A DNA stretch of 64,000 nucleotides, from assembly GCA_027623195.1 (NCBI GenBank), contig JAQBUT010000012.1, positions 23,582-87,581 on the forward strand, given 5' to 3'. The notes beneath the pieces are model-generated. The model ran no database searches. It was not told the DNA's origin and was given only the letters and a program-made list of their open reading frames with translations. Position numbers and translations under genes: made by a program. This document shows positions 1-10,900 of this stretch, piece after piece (position 1 is the stretch's first letter; every line of letters begins with the position of its first letter). The DNA comes from Chloroflexota bacterium. GTDB taxonomy: Bacteria > Chloroflexota > Dehalococcoidia > Lucifugimonadales > JADFKI01.

Positions 1-308
1 TGGAGATGATCTTAACCTCCCGCCGAATTGACGCCCAGGAGGCTATGTCCATGGGTCTTGTCAACATGGTCGCGGAGCCGGATCAGGTCATGAATTCCAC
101 ACTGAAGATAGCGCAAACCATTGCTGCACACGGTCCTATCGCCGCAGGCTACCTCAAGGAAGCCGTGCTCAAGGGAATGGACCTGACATTGGAGCAAGGG
201 CTTCGGTTGGAAGCGGACCTGAATTTCATCCTTCAGACGACATCTGACCGTGCAGAAGGAATTCAGTCTTTTCTCCAGCGCAGGAGCCCTGATTATGGTG
301 GGAAGTGA
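1..308 (+). CDS. Enoyl-CoA hydratase/isomerase family protein, C-terminal part (truncated by window edge)
   Basis: IDAQEAMSMGLVN..., 'EGIQSFLQRRSPDYGG' is a typical crotonase C-terminus. Confidence 0.85.
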   Translation, partial: EMILTSRRIDAQEAMSMGLVNMVAEPDQVMNSTLKIAQTIAAHGPIAAGYLKEAVLKGMDLTLEQGLRLEADLNFILQTTSDRAEGIQSFLQRRSPDYGGK

Positions 309-309
309 T

Positions 310-1032
310 ATGACCCATCCAACAGTCCTATACTCCAAGAAAGGCAACGTTGCTCACGTAGTGCTCAACAGGCCTCGTGTTATTAACGCCTATAACATGC
401 AGATGCGTGACGAGCTCTACGAGTCGCTAGCGGCAGCCAAGGATGATACGGACGTGCGTGCGTTGGTGTTAAGCGGGTCGGGCGAACGTGGCTTTTGCGC
501 AGGGGCTGATCTGACAGAGTTTGGAACCGCGCCGTCGCTGGCCATAGCCAGGCAAGTGCGTTGGGAGCGGGACATATGGGGTCTGTTCTTGAGCATTCGT
601 AAGCCGATGATCGCAGCGTTGCATGGCTTTGTCATCGGCTCCGGGGTAGAGATGGCATGCCTGTGTGACGTGCGAATCGCCTCGGAAAACGCTGTGTTCA
701 GCATGCCGGAGGTTGCCCTGGGGATGGTGCCGGCTGCTGGCGGAACCCAGACCCTTCCTCGAGTTGTTGGCGCGGGTACGGCGTTGGAACTGATTCTGAC
801 GAATCGAAGTGTCGCGGCCAGCGAGGCTAAAGAACTGGGCCTGGTGCACCAGATCGTTGCCAATGGCGATTTGATGATGACGGCGATTTCTCTTGCCGAG
901 AAGTTGGCGTCTCGCGATCCTGCGGCCCTGTCGGCGGCCAAGTCTGCCCTCGTTGACGGCTTGGACATGCACCTTGACGATGGCCTTCGCCTTGAGAAAA
1001 GATTGGCCATGAAGGCCAAATCTAGCGAATAA
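310..1032 (+). CDS. Enoyl-CoA hydratase/isomerase family protein
   Basis: LNRPRVINA, FCAGADL, KPMIAALHGFVIGSGVE and PEVALGMVPAAGGTQ crotonase motifs. ATG at 310 lies just after the upstream stop. Confidence 0.9.
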   Translation: MTHPTVLYSKKGNVAHVVLNRPRVINAYNMQMRDELYESLAAAKDDTDVRALVLSGSGERGFCAGADLTEFGTAPSLAIARQVRWERDIWGLFLSIRKPMIAALHGFVIGSGVEMACLCDVRIASENAVFSMPEVALGMVPAAGGTQTLPRVVGAGTALELILTNRSVAASEAKELGLVHQIVANGDLMMTAISLAEKLASRDPAALSAAKSALVDGLDMHLDDGLRLEKRLAMKAKSSE

Positions 1033-1054
1033 CGTCTGGCCAAAAAGGAGCCTT

Positions 1055-1756
1055 ATGTCGGACGCGACGGTCCTGGTTGTCGAGGACGAAGAGAACATCT
1101 TGGAAGCCTTGCGCTACAGCTTGGAAAGGGAAGGCCATACTGTCTATACGGCAGTGGACGGCGAAGAAGGCCTGAATCTCGCTCGACGTATCGATCCAGA
1201 CCTGGTTATCCTGGACGTTATGTTGCCGAAGATGGATGGCTTCGAAATTTGCCGAATACTTCGCGGCGAAACGGATGTCCCCATAATAATGCTCACGGCC
1301 CGAGGCGAGGAGATCGACCGTATTGTTGGCCTGGAACTGGGAGCAGACGATTACGTCACAAAACCTTTCAGCACTCGCGAGTTCATGGTCAGAGTCCGCA
1401 ACATGCTGAGGCGGGCAAGGTTGTCCGATAACGTCGAATCAAGCTCCGCAGGCGAAGAAAATCTCGTAGCCGGGAATTTGGAAGTCGATCTGACCAGCCA
1501 TGTGGTCCGCCTGGATGGCGTTGCGGTGGATATGAAGCCAAGGGAGTTTGATCTGTTGGCCCTGTTGGTAAAAAACTCAGGTCGTGCCTACAGCCGGGAC
1601 CAGATATTGCAACAGCTCTGGGGGCACGACTATTATGGCGACACCCGAACGGTTGACGTGCACGTTCACTGGCTTCGGGAGAAGATTGAGCCGCAGCCGA
1701 GCAAACCTCAGAGGTTGGTTACCATACGCGGCGTTGGCTACAGGTTCGACAGATGA
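1055..1756 (+). CDS. phoB: OmpR/PhoB-family response regulator (phosphate regulon)
   Basis: Receiver domain (VEDE, LDVMLP, KPF) plus winged helix (RTVDVHVHWLREK, TIRGVGY). Adjacent to phoR and pst genes. Confidence 0.85.
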   Translation: MSDATVLVVEDEENILEALRYSLEREGHTVYTAVDGEEGLNLARRIDPDLVILDVMLPKMDGFEICRILRGETDVPIIMLTARGEEIDRIVGLELGADDYVTKPFSTREFMVRVRNMLRRARLSDNVESSSAGEENLVAGNLEVDLTSHVVRLDGVAVDMKPREFDLLALLVKNSGRAYSRDQILQQLWGHDYYGDTRTVDVHVHWLREKIEPQPSKPQRLVTIRGVGYRFDR

Positions 1757-3522
1757 GATTACCTCATTCCCTTCACTGGCGCATCTCTCTCGCCTACACG
1801 GCGCTCATATTCTTCACCATGGGAGCTGTAAGCCTTTATCTAGTGGATTTCGTTCGCGACGCGTTCTTGGCGGACCTGCAAATTCGATTGCAGCAGGAAG
1901 TCAGCCTGGTGGCCGAATCGACATCGGGGTTCGTCGGTGACGAATCTGATAGCGGTGGGCTTCAACTCGTCGTCCAGGATATGGCTGAGATCATCAAAGC
2001 ACGAGTGACGATAGTTGATGCAAATGGATTGGTATTGGCGGACACGGCGGAGGATCCCGACCCGACGGGAAACCTAAGGCGGCGCCAGGAGATTCGGGAA
2101 GCCCTAAACGTGGGCGTCGGTAACGCCATCCGTGAGGAATCGGCATCCGATGGCGAGGTCGTCTACTCCGCCTTGGCTATACGGCATAACGGCGTGGTTG
2201 TTGCGGTTGCGCGGGTAGGCATTCCCACGTCTGATGTGAATGCAAACGTAAATCGGCTTATTACGACTATCCTGGTATCCGCTTTAGGGGTTGCTGCACT
2301 TTCCGTGGGCCTGGGCTTCATGCTATTTCGTCGGACCTCCCGATCTGTGCAAAGGGTTGCTGAGGGCGCGAGACGTTTGGCTGATGGAGACCTGGAACAT
2401 AGAGTTCAAACCTCATCCTCAGATGAGACTAAGGAATTGGCTGAGGCCTTTAACGGCATGGCCAATACCATCCGCAGCGTTGTCGGCGACCTATCCAGCG
2501 AACGAAATAAGCTGACGGCTGTGTTAGACACCATGGCGGATGGTGTGGTGGTGCTGGAGGCTGACAGCGAGGTCAGCCTTATGAATCGAGCGGCCGAGTG
2601 GCTTCTCGGCGTGGGCGCTAAAGACGCGGTGGGCAATCGTCTGGTAGAGGTGGTCCGAGACCACGAAATCCAGGAGACGGTTCAGAAGTCTATGGAGACT
2701 GGCCAGATATGGCAGATCGAAGTGGAGCTTCGGCCAAGTCGGACATTCCTCAGTGCGATAGCGACGCCTCTTTGGGCTGTTGATGGCACAACAGACGCCT
2801 CGGGTGTGCTGTTAACGCTCCATGATCTAACCCGCATTATGCAGGTCGAAACGACGCGAAAGGAGTTCGTGAGTAACGTTTCGCACGAACTCCGTAGTCC
2901 GTTGGCTTCTATCAAGGCGATGGTTGAGACGCTTGAAGACGGCGCTATGGATGAGCGGAACGTTGCCGTGGACTTCCTTCGGCGGATTAACCGCGATGTG
3001 GACCGTATGAACGGTATCGTTAATGACCTGCTTGAGTTGTCCCACCTAGAGAGTGGCTACGTGCCGCTTCACCTGGCGCCAGTGGACCTCAAGCCTCTGG
3101 TGGAGGAGATCGTGGAGGATTATCGGCGGTCTCCTCTTGGTAATGACCTGGAGATTAGTGTGGATTTTCAAGGCGCTACGTCAATGGTTACTGCCGAGGA
3201 CGAAAAGCTACGTCAAGTGCTGGTTAACCTGATCGAAAACGCCATCAGGTACACCGTTAAAGGCAAGATCACGGTATCGGTTTCGGAAGAAGGGCGGTTC
3301 CAAAAAGTACGGGTGACTGATACGGGAACAGGCATAGCTAGGGAGCATTTGCCCCACGTTTTCGAGCGGTTTTACAAGGCTGATAGGTCCAGGAGAGACG
3401 GCGGTACGGGGTTGGGTCTGGCCATCGTGAAGCACATAGTGCAGTCTCATAGAGGAGAGGTCAACGTCGAGAGTGAAGAGGGTGTAGGCAGTACCTTCGA
3501 ATTCACCATACCCAAGGGTTGA
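1753..3522 (+). CDS. phoR: PhoR-like sensor histidine kinase (2 TM, HAMP, PAS, HisKA, HATPase)
   Basis: FVSNVSHELRSPL H-box, NLIENAIRY, DTGTGI, GGTGLGLAIVKH. ATGA overlap with the regulator. Confidence 0.88.
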   Translation: MRLPHSLHWRISLAYTALIFFTMGAVSLYLVDFVRDAFLADLQIRLQQEVSLVAESTSGFVGDESDSGGLQLVVQDMAEIIKARVTIVDANGLVLADTAEDPDPTGNLRRRQEIREALNVGVGNAIREESASDGEVVYSALAIRHNGVVVAVARVGIPTSDVNANVNRLITTILVSALGVAALSVGLGFMLFRRTSRSVQRVAEGARRLADGDLEHRVQTSSSDETKELAEAFNGMANTIRSVVGDLSSERNKLTAVLDTMADGVVVLEADSEVSLMNRAAEWLLGVGAKDAVGNRLVEVVRDHEIQETVQKSMETGQIWQIEVELRPSRTFLSAIATPLWAVDGTTDASGVLLTLHDLTRIMQVETTRKEFVSNVSHELRSPLASIKAMVETLEDGAMDERNVAVDFLRRINRDVDRMNGIVNDLLELSHLESGYVPLHLAPVDLKPLVEEIVEDYRRSPLGNDLEISVDFQGATSMVTAEDEKLRQVLVNLIENAIRYTVKGKITVSVSEEGRFQKVRVTDTGTGIAREHLPHVFERFYKADRSRRDGGTGLGLAIVKHIVQSHRGEVNVESEEGVGSTFEFTIPKG

Positions 3523-3566
3523 TTGGCCTTGTCTTGCGCTGCCTATCCCCAAAACAACACACATTT

Positions 3567-3699
3567 CTAATAAGACATTAAAGCCTCATTAATTTTCTGT
3601 TCACATTCAACCGTTACGCTGTAATTGAAGCTTAGGCTCAGGTTGTGCTTCGGTATGTTGTTAATCTTTCGTTAACAATGTGTTCAATAGCCCCTAATG
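3567..3699 (+). promoter_or_regulatory. Two arrays of 11-bp-periodic PHO-box-like direct repeats upstream of pstS
   Basis: CTAATA/TTAAAG/TTAATT/TTCACA at 3567, 3578, 3589, 3600 and TTAATC/TTAACA/TTCAAT/CTAATG at 3661, 3672, 3683, 3694. Confidence 0.7.
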
Positions 3700-3725
3700 A
3701 AGGGTGATTACAGTTAGGAGTAACT

Positions 3726-4715
3726 ATGTTGATTTCATTAATTGGGCGAATTTTCAAAAATCCTTCCAGCCGATTGGGCACAGCCACCCTGCTAGTCCTC
3801 ATACTTTCTGCTGGCATGGCATGTGGCGGGTCCACTGGGACGGGTGCCGGTGATGGCACAGGCCAACCCTCATCAGGGTCTGGCGTTAGTGGTCAAATAG
3901 AGATAGATGGTTCTAGCACCGTGTTCCCAATTACCGAAGCTGTCGCAGAGGAGTTTCGAAATAGCCATCCAAACGTGCAGGTTAACGTGGGCGTTTCTGG
4001 GACGGGCGGAGGGTTCAAAAGATTTATAGAAGGTCAGATTGACATCAACGACGCGTCGCGGCCCATCAAGCCCTCGGAATCGGGCACTGCTGCAGAAAAT
4101 GGTGTTGAGTACCTGGAGTTGGAGGTCGCCATAGACGGTCTCGCGGTTATGGTTAGCCCTCAGAACGACTTCGTGGAGTGCCTGACTGTGGAGCAGCTAA
4201 AGACCATCTGGGAGCCGGGCAGCTCGGTGAAAACATGGAATGACGTGGACCCTACCTGGCCCAACAATGGGCTGAATCTTTATGGCCCAGGGACTGACTC
4301 CGGTACTTTCGATTACTTCACAGAAGTAGTAATGGGCGAGGCTCAGGCGAGTCGACCCGATTACTCGGCCAGCGAAGACGACAATGTTCTGGTGCAGGGT
4401 ATTGGCGGCGACCGCAACGCGTTGGGTTACTTTGGGTACGCCTACTACATCGAAAATGTCGACAAGCTAAAGATAGTGGCCATTGACGCGGGGGCCGGTT
4501 GCGTAAAGCCGACTGCCGAGACCATCGAGAACGGCAAATACCAGCCACTATCCCGCCCGCTATTAATTTACATCAACAAGGCAAGTCTGGAAAAACCTGA
4601 CGTAAATGCTTTCCTGAGATTCTACATGGAGAACGGCGCCGAATTGGCTGAGGAAGTTGGGTACATCCGTTTGTCAGAGCAGGAATATAAGAACAACATT
4701 GCCCTGTTACAGTAG
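3726..4715 (+). CDS. pstS: Phosphate ABC transporter substrate-binding lipoprotein
   Basis: Lipobox-like [36 protein letters not shown]. Confidence 0.95.
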   Translation: MLISLIGRIFKNPSSRLGTATLLVLILSAGMACGGSTGTGAGDGTGQPSSGSGVSGQIEIDGSSTVFPITEAVAEEFRNSHPNVQVNVGVSGTGGGFKRFIEGQIDINDASRPIKPSESGTAAENGVEYLELEVAIDGLAVMVSPQNDFVECLTVEQLKTIWEPGSSVKTWNDVDPTWPNNGLNLYGPGTDSGTFDYFTEVVMGEAQASRPDYSASEDDNVLVQGIGGDRNALGYFGYAYYIENVDKLKIVAIDAGAGCVKPTAETIENGKYQPLSRPLLIYINKASLEKPDVNAFLRFYMENGAELAEEVGYIRLSEQEYKNNIALLQ

Positions 4716-4769
4716 TTTTCGGACAGCCCTCAATGTTTTGATACCCCAAAGGGAATTGAGCGAATAATC

Positions 4770-5732
4770 ATGGAGAGCTCTCTGCCTACGGTAGGGGAAT
4801 CCAGCCGAGTGGCTAACTCGGCCAATAACGTTACACCTGCCTTCAGGCGCAGGCGGCGCACTACTATCGAAGGTAGTGTCGTTAAGTGGATATTCTTCGG
4901 CTGCGCCTTCATATCCGTACTCACTACCATTGGCATAGTATTTACTCTCCTCTCCCAGGCTATAGGCTTCTTCTTCGAGGTATCCGTCTGGGAATTCATA
5001 TCCGGCACCCGCTGGACTCCTATACTCAAACCCCAATCTTACGGCGTCCTACCTCTTGTCGGTGGAACCCTGCTGGTGGCAGTTATTGCTGCGGCCGTGG
5101 CGTTGCCGTTAGGTCTTTCGATAGCGATCTTCCTCGCCGAATACGCCCCGGGCAAGGTGCGGCGTATCGTGAAGCCGACATTAGAGGTGCTGGCGGGTGT
5201 ACCTACCGTTGTATACGGCTACTTTGCTCTTACGTTCGTTACGCCAATCCTGCGGGGGGTGTTCCCTGACATGCTTGTCTTTAACGCGCTGAGCGCAGGA
5301 CTGGTAATGGGAATCATGATTATTCCGATGGTCTCGTCGTTGAGCGAGGATGCCATGGTGTCAGTGCCACGCTCGCTGAGAAACGCTGCCTTTGCCCTTG
5401 GAGCGACGCGATTCGAGGTTAGCCTGCGAGTGGTGGTACCGGCGGCGTTGTCCGGTATCGTAGCCTCTTTCATACTGGCAATCTCCCGTGCCATTGGCGA
5501 AACCATGCTGGTCACCATAGCCGCTGGTGCGACGCCTAGGCTCACCGGGAATCCACTGGAGAGCATACAGACTATGACTTCCTACATCGTGCAGTTGAGC
5601 CTGGGCGAAGCTGCACATGGGTCGCTAGAGTTCAACACTATATTCGCGGTTGGACTTTTGCTCTTTTTGATGACCCTGGTGATGAATTTGCTTGGCTTCT
5701 GGGTGGTGCGGCGATGGAGGATGAAGTATTGA
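4770..5732 (+). CDS. pstC: Phosphate ABC transporter permease
   Basis: [13 protein letters not shown]-like loop (AAFALGATR), SRAIGETM. Confidence 0.95.
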   Translation: MESSLPTVGESSRVANSANNVTPAFRRRRRTTIEGSVVKWIFFGCAFISVLTTIGIVFTLLSQAIGFFFEVSVWEFISGTRWTPILKPQSYGVLPLVGGTLLVAVIAAAVALPLGLSIAIFLAEYAPGKVRRIVKPTLEVLAGVPTVVYGYFALTFVTPILRGVFPDMLVFNALSAGLVMGIMIIPMVSSLSEDAMVSVPRSLRNAAFALGATRFEVSLRVVVPAALSGIVASFILAISRAIGETMLVTIAAGATPRLTGNPLESIQTMTSYIVQLSLGEAAHGSLEFNTIFAVGLLLFLMTLVMNLLGFWVVRRWRMKY

Positions 5733-5870
5733 TTTTTTGGGATTTTTGGCCAAGGTACGCTGCCTTGGCTTGCCATTGTGGAATGATCTGATGCAGAAGA
5801 CATCGTGGTTCTATTGTTGGGGTAGATGGCAGGGCAATGTTGCTTTGGCCGACCCTTGTAGAAAAAGCTA

Positions 5871-6749
5871 ATGCAAACGACTTCGCAGTTCAACCAGAGG
5901 CTGCCGCTTAGAAAGGCCGTAGGCACGGTCCTTTATTTCGTATTTCTGTCGGCCGTGCTTGTGGGCATCGTCGGACTTGTGGTCCTGTTGACTCAGATAC
6001 TCATACAGGGAATTCCCTGGTTGAGCTGGCACTTCATTTCTGGTTTTCCCTCTCGACATGCGGAGGAGGCCGGGCTGCTGTCGGCGCTGACCGGCACAAT
6101 TTGGCTGATGTTCCTCACGGCGGTTTTCACGGTGCCCGTTGGTGTGGGCGCGGCCATTTACCTGGAGGAGTACGCCCCCACTAACTGGGTGACGAATCTT
6201 ATCGAGATCAACCTGTCCAATTTGGCCGGAGTGCCTTCAATCGTTTACGGACTGCTAGGTTTGGCTGTGTTTGTGCAGTTCCTTGGCCTGGGCCAAACGT
6301 TAATGGCAGGCGCAATGACGCTGGCTTTGTTGGTGCTTCCCATCGTTATCCTGGCCTCGCGGGAGGCCATTCGTGCCGTGCCGGATACCCACAGGCTGGC
6401 GGCATTCGCTCTGGGGGCCGACAAGTGGCAGGTAATACGGGGAGTGGTCCTGCCTTCTTCCGTACCGGGTATATTAACGGGAACTATATTGGCAATGTCC
6501 AGGGCTATCGGTGAGGCCGCCCCGATATTGGCTATAAGCGCGCTGGTTTACCTGACGTTTGTCCCTACAAATCCTTTGGATAGATTCACGGTGCTGCCTA
6601 TACAGATATTCAACTGGGTGTCCCGACCGCAAGACGAGTTCCGAGGGCTGGCGGCGGCTGGCATCATCGTGTTGCTGGCCATACTTCTTTCCATGAACGC
6701 CCTGGCAATTCTGCTCAGAGACCGCTATCAGGTGAAGGCCGATGACTAA
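5871..6749 (+). CDS. pstA: Phosphate ABC transporter permease
   Basis: [31 protein letters not shown]. Confidence 0.95.
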   Translation: MQTTSQFNQRLPLRKAVGTVLYFVFLSAVLVGIVGLVVLLTQILIQGIPWLSWHFISGFPSRHAEEAGLLSALTGTIWLMFLTAVFTVPVGVGAAIYLEEYAPTNWVTNLIEINLSNLAGVPSIVYGLLGLAVFVQFLGLGQTLMAGAMTLALLVLPIVILASREAIRAVPDTHRLAAFALGADKWQVIRGVVLPSSVPGILTGTILAMSRAIGEAAPILAISALVYLTFVPTNPLDRFTVLPIQIFNWVSRPQDEFRGLAAAGIIVLLAILLSMNALAILLRDRYQVKADD

Positions 6750-7521
6750 CGACAACTCCGACATTGTTCTCAGCGCACGGGACCTTTACGTGCACTACGG
6801 AGACTTTCTGGCGCTTAAAGACATAAACTTGGACATCAAGCGGCATGGTATCACTGCACTAATCGGTCCGTCCGGCTGCGGCAAGAGCACGTTGTTGAGA
6901 TGCTTTAACCGCATGAACGACCTGGTGCAGGACGCTCGTATAGAGGGCGAGATCATGTTTGAGGGGTACAATCTCTACTCGCCGGAGAGGGACGCCACGG
7001 AGATACGCTCTCGCATTGGAATGGTCTTTCAGAGGCCAAATCCCTTCCCCAAGTCCATATACGACAATGTGGCTTTTGGACTGCGCATAAATGGCTACAC
7101 CGGGAACATGGAAGAGGCAGTAGAGCGATCCCTGAAGCAGGCAGCTCTGTGGGAAGAGGTTAAGGACAGGCTGAGCCGAAGCGCGCTGACCCTGTCCGGT
7201 GGCCAGCAGCAGAGGCTTTGTATCGCCAGGGCGTTGGCGGTGCAACCCGAGGTCATTCTCATGGATGAGCCTGCTTCGGCTCTAGACCCGATAGCCACGT
7301 TGGCTATCGAAGAGTTGATTAGGGAACTGAGTAACGATTACACCATCCTTATAGTCACCCATAACATGCAGCAGGCGGCCAGGGTTTCCGACGAGACGGC
7401 ATTCCTCATGGTCAATGACGATCGCGCCGGTTATCTGGTAGAATTTGATGCAACCTCACAGATTTTCACCAATCCCAGCGACGAGCGAACTGAGGCTTAT
7501 ATAACAGGTAGATTTAGCTAA
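6742..7521 (+). CDS. pstB: Phosphate ABC transporter ATP-binding protein
   Basis: [44 protein letters not shown]. Confidence 0.97.
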   Translation: MTNDNSDIVLSARDLYVHYGDFLALKDINLDIKRHGITALIGPSGCGKSTLLRCFNRMNDLVQDARIEGEIMFEGYNLYSPERDATEIRSRIGMVFQRPNPFPKSIYDNVAFGLRINGYTGNMEEAVERSLKQAALWEEVKDRLSRSALTLSGGQQQRLCIARALAVQPEVILMDEPASALDPIATLAIEELIRELSNDYTILIVTHNMQQAARVSDETAFLMVNDDRAGYLVEFDATSQIFTNPSDERTEAYITGRFS

Positions 7522-7572
7522 TCCACTGGTCCATCATGGACGGCCCTGGCAATTTAAAAAGGAGTGCTCATC

Positions 7573-8238
7573 ATGCCGAGAACAGATTTCGACAGAGACT
7601 TGAGAATGCTACAGGATGAGTTACTGCTGCAGGGCAGCATGACGGAGAAGGCCATTGCCAAGTCCATAACCGCTTTGAAAAGGCGCAACGCCGAGGTGGC
7701 TCAAGAGGTCATTGATGAGGATGACATCATCGACCAGAAGCGGTTCGAAATCGAGGAGCGCTGCATCGATTTAATCGCCACGCAGCAGCCGCTGGCCGGG
7801 GACCTTCGTATTCTCATTACAGTTTTGCATGTGACCGGCGAGCTGGAACGTATGGGCGACTATGCCGAGGGTATCGCCAAGATCAGCCTTATGATGGGCA
7901 ACGAGCCTCCCCTCAAGCCTCTTATCGACATTCCCCGGATGGCCGACAAGTCCATGGATATGCTTCGCCGTAGCCTGGACGCCTTCGTTAACCGAGACGT
8001 GGTGGCCTCCATGGGTATCATGACGGAGGACGACGAGATCGACGATCTGTACGAGCAGGTATTTCGAGAACTGCTGACGTACATGATGGCCGACCCCGGG
8101 GCGGTAAAGCGGGCCACGCATCTGTTGTGGGTCGCGCACGACCTGGAGCGCATAGCAGACCGCACCACCAACATCGCCGAGCGGGTAATCTATCTGGTTA
8201 CAGGCAAGCTGACAGAGGCAAGCACCCCGGCTGATTAG
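7573..8238 (+). CDS. phoU: Phosphate signalling complex protein
   Basis: QQPLAGDLR, ELERMGD, LERIADRTTNIAE. Follows pstB; AAGGAG RBS. Confidence 0.95.
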   Translation: MPRTDFDRDLRMLQDELLLQGSMTEKAIAKSITALKRRNAEVAQEVIDEDDIIDQKRFEIEERCIDLIATQQPLAGDLRILITVLHVTGELERMGDYAEGIAKISLMMGNEPPLKPLIDIPRMADKSMDMLRRSLDAFVNRDVVASMGIMTEDDEIDDLYEQVFRELLTYMMADPGAVKRATHLLWVAHDLERIADRTTNIAERVIYLVTGKLTEASTPAD

Positions 8239-8359
8239 TATTTCCCTACCTGTGTAAAGCAGAGACTCGCCCACGCGGCTGGTCGCATATGACACGGACC
8301 TCGCTATCTCGTACAATACCTGCTTGGTGAATCCGAATTATAGGAAGCGTGCGCAGAGA

Positions 8360-9631
8360 GTGACCACTCCCAAGACCCCCGCGATGGCTTTGGAAGGCGT
8401 CCGAGTCCTGGATTTTTCCCGAATTTGGGCTGGCCCCCATGCCACCAAGCTACTCGCCGACATGGGCGCTGAGGTCATCAAAGTCGAGTCCACCAGGGCC
8501 TGGGACCCGCATCGCATGATCATAGGCTCCGGAAACTTGCCTGACGGCGAACTAGGTGACGACCCCTGGAATCGCAGTGGCTGGTTCAACACTCTCCACA
8601 TGAGCAAGTATGGCGTCACTGCGGAGATGCGCCACCCCAAGGGCAAGGCTCTTCTGGAAGAACTGGTCAGCATCAGCGACGTTGTTATCGAGAACTTCCG
8701 CGCCGGGCTTATGGAGCGCAGGGGGTTGGGCTACGACGAGCTGAAGAAGATCCGCCCCGACCTTATCGTTGTGTCCATGCCAGCCTTTGGCAACACTGGA
8801 CCATGGCGGGATTTCATTCAATACGGCATTGGCCAGGAGCAGTTGGGGGGCATAGCCTCCATGAACGGCTACCTGGACGATCCCTCGCCAGTGAAGTCCG
8901 GCGTGAACTTTGGCGACCCGATAAGTGGCGCTCATGCGGCAGGCGCGGTGCTTTCTGCCCTCTACCATCGTCGTCGCACAGGTAAGGGCCTCTTTATTGA
9001 CCTCTCACAGCTTGAGTCGTCCATAATGACAATTGGAGAGCACCTGTTGGGCTTCCAGATGAATGGACGCAACCCGGGCAATCGAGGCAATCGACATCCA
9101 GTGTATGCGCCGCATGGCGTATACCGATGTGCAGGCGATGACCAGTGGGTAACAATCGCAGTGTCCTCGGATTCCGAATGGCAATCGCTTTGCCAGGTTA
9201 TGGGCATGCCGGAGTTGGCTTCAGACTCACGTTTCGCGGACATTTTGGCGAGGCATAAGCATCACGACGAAATCGATGAGATTATCTCCGGTTGGACTCG
9301 GGACAAGGATTCCACCGACGTGATGAACGACCTGCAGCGCCAGGGGGTTGCCGCCGCCCCTGTCCTCAAGGGCGAGGGCATTTTCAACGATCCCCATGTT
9401 CAGGAGCGGGGCGTGTTGGAGTTTGTGGACCACCCTGCCTTCGGACCCTACTTTATGCCTGGCTTATCTTGGAAAATGTCGGAAACCCCGGGCCGGGTCC
9501 GGTGGCATGCACCTATGTTGGGCGAACACAATTTACGTATATTCGGCGAATTGCTGGGAATGGGGACGGACGCCATCGATGCTCTGTACGCAAATGGTGT
9601 AAGCGGAATATCACCAGAGCTGGGTGAGTAA
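8360..9631 (+). CDS. CoA-transferase family III (CaiB/BaiF)
   Basis: LEGVRVLDFSRIWAGP, LADMGAEVIKVE, DVVIENFRAG, APMLGEHN. Start uncertain (8324-8384). Confidence 0.92.
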   Translation: MTTPKTPAMALEGVRVLDFSRIWAGPHATKLLADMGAEVIKVESTRAWDPHRMIIGSGNLPDGELGDDPWNRSGWFNTLHMSKYGVTAEMRHPKGKALLEELVSISDVVIENFRAGLMERRGLGYDELKKIRPDLIVVSMPAFGNTGPWRDFIQYGIGQEQLGGIASMNGYLDDPSPVKSGVNFGDPISGAHAAGAVLSALYHRRRTGKGLFIDLSQLESSIMTIGEHLLGFQMNGRNPGNRGNRHPVYAPHGVYRCAGDDQWVTIAVSSDSEWQSLCQVMGMPELASDSRFADILARHKHHDEIDEIISGWTRDKDSTDVMNDLQRQGVAAAPVLKGEGIFNDPHVQERGVLEFVDHPAFGPYFMPGLSWKMSETPGRVRWHAPMLGEHNLRIFGELLGMGTDAIDALYANGVSGISPELGE

Positions 9632-9759
9632 TAGACATCCGGCAGGTAACGGCCTGGCCCCGCTGGGGCGCGATACCAGCATGCTATTTAGTCCATTGCA
9701 AGCTGAATTCGGCCGATTTCTAGCTAAAATACTGAATTTGGCCATTTTGGGGCTAGCCG

Positions 9760-9788
9760 TTGTTCAAAAAAACAAGGTCTGATATACT
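9760..9788 (+). promoter_or_regulatory. Sigma70-type promoter for the Mo-hydroxylase operon
   Basis: TTGTTC-N17-TATACT. Confidence 0.55.
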
Positions 9789-10024
9789 TATCGCGCTTGT
9801 CGACCAGACGCGATGAGGGGTCGTCTTCAAGCCTGTACGAACGGACGCTTACCCGTTTTCATACCGGGCGAATCTGAGAGATTTACATCGTGGATTCGAG
9901 TTTTGAAATCACCGTCCCTCGGCGGCTGGATGCACTTCACTGAGTTGGCCAATAAAATCTGGTAAAAAGCGGCGCAAGTCGCATGGAAATTTGGAATAGG
10001 AAAGTTAAGAAAGGAGGTGGGCCA

Positions 10025-10897
10025 TTGCATTGGATTGATTACGCAAGCCCCCATTCGGTAAGGGAAGCGGTGGACCTGCTGAACGAAGCGGGCGGAAGTG
10101 CTCGTCCTATGGCTGGCGGGACAGACGTATTGGTGCAGTTGAGGGCCAACGCCCTGCCCGACGTCAACCTGCTAGTGGATATGAAGAACATCCCAGAGTT
10201 GAACGAGATGACTATGGACCCTGAGGTTGGCTTGACCCTGGGGGCAGCCGTTCCCTGCTACAAGATTTATGGGAACAAGGCCATTGAGCATGCATTTCCT
10301 GGTCTGATTGACTGCGCCTCTTTGATCGGCGGAACGCAGATACAGGGTAGGGCATCGCTGGGCGGCAACCTCTGCAACGCAGCACCTAGCGGAGACTCCA
10401 TACCTGTAATGATCGCCCTTGGTGGCGTGGCTCGCATCAGCGGACCAAGCGGTGATCGCGAAGTTCCGTTGGAAGACTTCTGCACCGGTGTCAGGCGGAC
10501 AGTAATTCAGCAAGGCGAGATTCTGGTATCGTTGCACTTCCCTGCACCCGTTGCTAATCAGGGCGCCAATTACATGCGGTTCATCCCCAGAAACGAGATG
10601 GACATTGCTGTGGCAGGTGTAGGTTGCTCTGTTGTGTTAGATAACGGCAACATCAAGTCGGCCAGGGTAGCCCTGTCTTCAGTGGCGCCCACGCCGCTGT
10701 ACGTTAAAGAGATCGGCGACGCCATAGCCGGCAAGCCCGCTAATGAAGAGACACTTAAGCTAGCTGGCCAGATGGCTAAGGATGCTGCTAAGCCTATTAC
10801 GGACATGCGAGGCACAATTGAGTACAGAAAGCACTTGTGCGACGTGTTGACGCGACGATCACTGCAAATTGCTATCGACCGAGCCAAGGAGAGTTAA
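10025..10897 (+). CDS. Xanthine dehydrogenase/CoxM-family FAD-binding subunit
   Basis: AGGTD, ASLGGNLCNAAPSGD, PITDMRGTIEYR. TTG start after AAGGAGGT. Confidence 0.92.
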   Translation: MHWIDYASPHSVREAVDLLNEAGGSARPMAGGTDVLVQLRANALPDVNLLVDMKNIPELNEMTMDPEVGLTLGAAVPCYKIYGNKAIEHAFPGLIDCASLIGGTQIQGRASLGGNLCNAAPSGDSIPVMIALGGVARISGPSGDREVPLEDFCTGVRRTVIQQGEILVSLHFPAPVANQGANYMRFIPRNEMDIAVAGVGCSVVLDNGNIKSARVALSSVAPTPLYVKEIGDAIAGKPANEETLKLAGQMAKDAAKPITDMRGTIEYRKHLCDVLTRRSLQIAIDRAKES

Positions 10898-10900
10898 TAA

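Noticed and set aside
5733..5870. 138-bp gap with a small hairpin between pstC and pstA
   Set aside because: Only a short stem (GCCAAGG/CCTTGGC) with no ORF or recognisable motif. Probably an mRNA stability element or spacer.
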